Positions 57,780 through 64,000 of a stretch of DNA of 64,000 nucleotides are shown one piece after another (within the stretch, counting starts at the first letter, position 1; every line of letters begins with the position of its first letter). The stretch comes from Isurus oxyrinchus (Eukaryota). The stretch lies in contig JANJGN010000034.1 of NCBI GenBank assembly GCA_026770705.1, positions 3,348,001-3,412,000 of the forward strand, in the 5' to 3' direction. The notes under the pieces are model-generated. The model saw only the letters and a list, made by a program, of their open reading frames with translations. It ran no database searches and was not told where the DNA came from. The position numbers and the translations under genes are program-made.

Positions 57780-59000
57780 TATAAAAGACAAACCGTGTAA
57801 TGATAAATCATTTGAGCATTTTGAATGAGGTAATAGCCATTGTTATTAACGCTAATATGCTGTTTTGTATGCTCATGTACTTTCTGAAGTCGTTTTAAAA
57901 AATGCCACACCATAGGCCTGCTAGAATGTTAATTTCAGTTAAAGAATGGGGCAGTGATGCCATTTTCGCAGTCTGCTGAGCGATAGAAAACTAAAGTAGC
58001 AGTGAACCGTTGTATTTGCTTGAAGAATGGGAGATACTGTACCAATATAAGGGGAAAACAATAGTTTTAACTGTATGGGAAGACAGCGCAGATTGGTAGG
58101 AATGTGCACTCTAATTTGTAGATGGGTTAACATGGAGAATGCACCAATTTATGTTGACTGCCAATTAGCTGCCAACTCAAAACAGTGCCCAATATTATAT
58201 GAGATTCCACCTTTGGCAACATTCCTTAGAGAACCTTCAATGTGCGGAGCATTACGCTTACAACCAATTTAACATTGATAGTCAGACCGCAGTGTAGCAC
58301 ATTTGCGTGTAATGGAAGAAACATATACCAATACAAAGTCCCCTCTTCTTTACAGACTAAAAGAAAATGTGCACAAATTGCTCCTACTGTTGAGATGTTG
58401 ATTAGGTACTTCTGCAAGTGATCTCTTACGTTTAACATTTCATATCTCTACACAAATTGCTTCTACACACGAATCTTTGAAACTAAGGCCATTTTTCAGT
58501 GCTGAAATAATGTGATTCTTAATTAACAGAACAACACCGCCATATCTTTCCAGGCTCCTATCGTTCTCATACGTCAGATGTACATCAACATTTAGGTCCC
58601 AGACTTGGCTTACCATATCACTGTAATTTCTATCAAGTGGTACCTGTGCTAAAAATCCACGCTTTTCTTTACAGGTGTTACCAAGTTTCAGATACGGGGC
58701 CATAAACCACGTGTTTTATTCCATATTTTACAAACCCAGGCCTTATGAATGTTTTTTTTTCTGTCCCTCGCTGATACTCTTGTGGTACTAATCGCTAACC
58801 TGCTCTATAAATTTGTTGTACGCCTTTAATTTACTACATTTCCTCTCTCCTGATCATTTCCAGCCACAATTTAATTTAATGCTCTATACCACTAAAGCTA
58901 TACAATTCGCCAGAAGACTGGTTCCCGCACTGTTCAGGTATAGATTGTGCCAACGGTGAAGCTATGATGCTGAATCGCTATTTCCCGATTTATCCCATTG
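57780..59000. mobile_element. CR1 fragments: RT (+, about 57780-58270) and endonuclease/ORF1 end (-, about 58280-59000)
   Basis: ORF 58440-58703 DRSLERYGGVVLLIKN..VEAICVEI. Confidence 0.75.
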
Positions 59001-59914
59001 AGCTTTTCGGCCTCGTATATGTCATTCTCCGTCCTGAGTATTTTGCAGTTACGCCTCTGTAAGGGCCATTTTCCCATAGCATCTAAATTTACTTTGTGCT
59101 TACTGTACTCTCAATTTCTTGGGTATATTAACGTTGATTTTTTTTGGGGGGGGTGGTGGTGAGGGGAAGGGGTAGTGTGATGAAAACAATTACAGCCAAA
59201 CACTTATCTCTAATGGCTATATCACGCATTATGGTTTTCTGCTCCTTGGCTAAAGAATTTACGACATCCAGTTTTCCCTTCAGGGTGGAAGAAAGATATA
59301 ACCAGTTAGCATTAGATCCAGTTTTGCTTTATTATGGAGTAGCTGGTCCATTTGCCCCCCATTGTGAAACAATAACTGGCGTTCATCTGCATTTTCAAAC
59401 ACCGATACTCCGCTCCTGTAGCTGCACATCGTGAAATAAATCCCATTAACTCAGCAATGTCGCTGCACTAGCTCTAGTTCTGCATCTTGTTCAATTTGAG
59501 TCATTGCTGCTGGAGGCTGGGCAGGGTTATGGGGTGTGGCTGTGAGGTTTGGGGGAAGCGGCGATGAAGTCGAGTCTCAGGCTTCGTCCAGGGAGTTGTG
59601 TCAGGGGAAAATTTTTTGTTTGTTACTTTATTCTCTTCTGCCTCTTGTCATTATGTTTTAATATCCTTTCTACCTGAGCGTTCCACCTCCATACCAGACG
59701 ACTTGCCAGTTTAAAATTCTTTTGACAGACCTATTTCTGTATTCTGCTGCTGTCTTTTCGCAACCTGGTTCACGTCCACACCGTCCAACAATGCAATTCT
59801 TTGATGTTGCAAAACTGTTGGCAGCTTTTCCAACGCACCTTCTCATATAGCGCTTTCATCATGGCATTCATCTCACTTATATGCTTCTATCCAGAGATCA
59901 ATCTCGGGGTCTAT

Positions 59915-60550
59915 GTTTTTCTAATTCATTCCTTCAGCGTATGGGTGTCAATGGTTTGGATAGCATTTATTGTGCTTCGATAAGTGCCCTTCAGAAGGTT
60001 ATAATGAGCTGCATCGTGAGCCACGGCAGTCGACGTAGTACATTTATACTCTACGGTCCTGCAAGAAAGGGAATCCCAGGATTTTGGCCCACGACATTGA
60101 AGGAACGGAGGTACAGTTTGAGTCACGATGGTCTGTTGTTTGGAGGGGTACTTGCAGACGATGTTGTTCTCGTGCATCGGCTGCACTTCTCATCTTAGGA
60201 GGCAACTGCCTGTGTCTGGTAGATGCTATCTGAAGAACCTTTGTGTGCTGCTTCAGTGTACCTTCCAGATGACACTAACTGAGGCGCCTGTGCATTGGAC
60301 GGTGAGTGGATGCATTGCTGATCAAGCAGAATACTTTTCATAGTATAGAGTAAAACCACTGAGTATTGTAGGAGCTATACTGCTTCAGGAACGTGGAGTG
60401 TACTCCATCATTCTCCCGACTTTTCTCTCTTAGATGGTGGACATGTTTTGTTAAGTCAAGTGATGAGTTACCCGCTGCAGAATTTCCAGCCTTTAACCTC
60501 CTCTTTTACACACAATTCTCAAGTAGCTTGTCCAGTTCAGTCTGTGGTAC
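59915..60550 (-). mobile_element. Second LINE family, 3' end
   Basis: Reverse complement matches 53310-53920 (ORF 59926-60186 PFLQCRGPKSWDSL). Confidence 0.85.
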
Positions 60551-60554
60551 ACAG

Positions 60555-63500
60555 TTAGAACATAAGACATATGAGCAGAAATTAGGCCATTCGGTCCATC
60601 GAGTCTGCTCCACCGTTAAATCATGGCTGATAAGTTTCTCATCCCCATTATCCCGCCTAATCCCTGAAACCTTTGATACCCTTACCAATCAAGAACCTAT
60701 CTATATCGGTCTTAAATGCACTCATTGACCTGGCCTACATAGCCTTCCATAGATTCCATAGTTTCACCACTCTCTGGATAAACAGGCTGTTCCCTCGGGT
60801 CCTAGTCTGTCCAATTAATGGAAACATCTTCCCCATGTCCACCCTATCCAGACCTTCCAGTATTCTGTAAGTTTCAATCATATCCCCTCTCATCCCTCTA
60901 AACCGATTGAGTATAGCCCCAGAGTTCTAAGACGTTTCTCAGATGTTAAGCGTTTCATTCCTGGGATCGTTCTCGTGAACCTCCTCTGGACCGTCACCAG
61001 GGCCAACACATTTTCCTAAGATATGGTGCCGAAAATTTCTCACAATATTCTTAATGTGATCTGACCAGAACCTTATAAAGACTCATCAGTCTTTTATCTT
61101 CTTTTATATTCTAGTCCTCTCGAAATAAATGCCAAAATTGCATTTGCCCTAACTACCGACTCAACCTGCAATTTGACCTTAAGAGAATTCTGGACCAGGC
61201 CTCCGAAGTCCACTTGTACTGCAGACTTCTGAATTCACTTCCCATTTAGAAAACAGTCTATGCCTCTATTCTTCCTTCCAAAGTGCATGACCTCACACTT
61301 TTCCTCGTTGTATTCCATCTGCCACTACCTTGCCCATTCTCCTAACTCATCCAAATCCTTCTGCAGCCTCCCTGCCTCCTCAATACTACCTGTTCCTCCA
61401 GATATCTTTGTATCATCTGCAAACAAAGCCAAGATGCTCTCAGTTCCTTCATCTAGATCATTAATGTATAAGGTGAAAAGCAGTGGTCCCAACACTGACC
61501 TAGCGGAACACCACTAGTCACTGGCCACCATCCTGAGAAGGAAACCCTTATCCACACTCTCTGCCTCCTGCCAGAGAGCCACTCTTTTATCCAAGCTAGT
61601 ACATTGCCTCTAAAACCATGAGCACTTATCTTACTGAGCAGCATCCTGTGCTGCACCTTTTCAAAGGCCTTCTGGAAGTCCAAGTAGATAACCTCCATTT
61701 GCTCTCCTTCGTCTAAACTACTCGTTACCTCCTCAAAGAATTCTAACACATTTGTCAGGCATGACCTCACCTTGATGAAACCAAGCTGACTTTGCCCAAT
61801 TTTACCATGCGCTTCCAAGTACTCTGAAATCTCATGCTTAATAATGGACTCTAAAATCTTACCAAAGACTGAAGTCAGGGTAATCGGCCTGTGATTTTCC
61901 TTCCTTTGCCTCAGTCCCTTCTTAAACAGGGGGATTATATTAGCGATTTTCCGGACCTCTGGGACTCTCTCTAACTCCTGTGAGTCCTGAAATATCACCA
62001 CTAAAGCCTCCACTGTCTCTTCAGCTATCTCCTTCAGAACTCTCGGGTGTAATCCATCTGGTCAAGGTGTTTTATCCACTTTCAAATATTTACGTTTTCC
62101 TGGCACCTTCTCCTTGGTAATGGCTACCATATTCACCTCTGCCCCCTGACTATCTTGAACATTGGGGAAGTCACTCGTGTCTTTCACTGTGAAGACTGAC
62201 CAAAGTACCTATTCAATTCCTCCGCCATTTCTTTATTCCCCACTAGTACTTCACCAGCGTCATTTTCCAGTGGCCCAATGTCCACTTTTGCCTCTCCCTT
62301 ACCCTTTATATATAAAAAAAAACCCTTGTGCAATCTTCTCTGATTTCATTGGCTAGTTTACCCTCATAATTAATCTTCTCCCTCCTTATTTCTTTTTTAG
62401 TTTTCCTCTATTGATCTTTGCATGCTTCCCATTCCCCTGCTTTCCCACTGCTCTTTGCCGCATTGTATGCTTTCTCTTTAGCTTTTATGCTGTCAAAGAC
62501 CTCCCTGATCAGCCATGGTTCCTTCGTCCTCCCCGTAGTATGCTTCTTCTGCCTAGGGATGATTTTTTGCTGTGTCTCCCAAATTACTCCCAGAAACTCC
62601 TGCCATTGCCCTTCCACTGTCTTTCCTGCGAGGCTCATCTCCTAGTAAATTCTGTCCAGCTCCTCCCTCATGCCCCTGTAGTTGCCTTTATTCAACTGCA
62701 ATACCGTTACATCTGATTCCAGATTTTTCAACTCAAATTACAGGGTAAATTCGATCATATTAGGAAACTTCCTCCTAAGTGTTCCTTCACGTTAAGGTCC
62801 CTTATCATACCTGCCTCATTATACATCACTAAATCTAGAATTGCCTTTGACCTAGTGGGCTCCATCACAACCTGCTCCAAAAAGCCATATTGTAGGCATT
62901 CAACAAATTCCTTTTCTTGGGATTACTATCAACCTGCATGTTGAAATCCGCCATGACCACTGTAACCTTACTTTTCTTACACATCTTTGCTATCTCCTGC
63001 TGTATCTTGTGCCCCACATCCTGACTGCTGTTCGGAGGCCTGTACATTATGTATTTTGTTTTACCTTTGCGTTTCGTCAACTCTACCCACACAAATTCTA
63101 CATCATCTGACCATGTATGATTTTGTGCTATCGATTCAATTTCATTTCTTACTAACAAGGCAACCCCATCCTCTTTGCCAACCAGCCTATCTTTGCGTGA
63201 GGATTTATATCTTTGGATAATTAGCTCCCAGCCTTGATCCCCTTGCAGCCATGTCTCCATGACGCCCACCACATCATACCTGCCTATTTTAATCTGCGCC
63301 ACAAGATCATTTACCTTATTTCGTTTACTGTGTACATTCAGATAGTACAACTTCAGTCCTGTATTTCCACTCCCCCTTCTCACTGTCGTCCATTTATGCT
63401 TGATAAGCTTGAAGTTAATTCCTAGCCCTTTCCAAACACTCTGTCCTATTTTGTATTTTGTAGAATTTAATAGCCTCTCCTGGGCTCTCCTTTCTTTTCA

Positions 63501-64000
63501 GTTTTTTAATCAGTTTCCACGAAGTTCAATCCATGCCACACCACATCCCCCCACCCTGCCACCAACCACATGCTAACTGGCTGCTTTGTTTCCCATTAGT
63601 CATACTTCTGAGTTCCCTTCCAACCCCCTCCCCCCACTTTATAGTTTAAATCTTGTTGACCCCCTATTTACCTTTTATGCTAGAACGTTGGTCCAAGATT
63701 GGGTCAGGTGGAGACCGTCCCAACGGTACAGATCCCTTCTGTTCTAACACTGATGCCAGTGTCTCACGAAATGGAACACCTCTTTCCCGCACCAGTCCTT
63801 TTGCCAGGTGTTCACTTCCCTTATTCCCACGTCCCGATGCCAATTTGCACCTGGCTCTGGAGTAATGTGGACATTATAAACCCTTGAGGAGGACCTGTTC
63901 TTTAATTTAGCTCCTAGTTCCTGATAATCCGGAAACAGGACCGCTTTCCTAGTGTTATCTATGTTACTGGTCCCGACGTGGACCACAACCAATGGATTGT
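60555..64000 (-). mobile_element. Comparatively well-preserved CR1 LINE (ORF1 esterase, APE endonuclease, RT, 3' tail), continues beyond window end
   Basis: ORF 63744-63992 VVVHVGTSNI; ORF 62865-63383 YLNVHS..ETWL..YRPP..MADFN; ORF 61453-62013 VIYLDFQKAFEKV..VTSGVP; frameshifted. Confidence 0.97.

Noticed and set aside
1-64000. Prokaryotic-type systems (CRISPR arrays, operons) and rRNA/tRNA genes
   Set aside because: No repeat-spacer arrays or dense ORFs; tRNA-like motifs occur only as SINE heads.

Overview
Eukaryotic, repeat-dense (roughly 40% GC) vertebrate DNA. The repeat families (CR1-clade LINEs, Penelope-like elements, tRNA-derived SINEs) suggest a cartilaginous fish; this is an inference. 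None of the long ORFs in the supplied track is a real host gene: they are LINE relics, microsatellites or chance. The main hidden feature is a minus-strand gene fragment made only of micro-exons. Thirteen GT-AG exons of 21-36 nt, plus three weaker candidates (18, 18 and 27 nt), are scattered over about 43 kb (7785-51233). All are multiples of 3 and phase 1-1, and they splice into one stop-free, coiled-coil-like peptide built from a repeated two-exon module. This resembles, but is not proven to be, a butyrophilin/BG-type cytoplasmic tail. The introns also hold an RPS28 processed pseudogene, two fold-back Penelope elements, several degenerate minimal hammerhead-ribozyme motifs and a locally duplicated CR1/(ATC)n composite. 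Repeat boundaries are approximate (read by eye).
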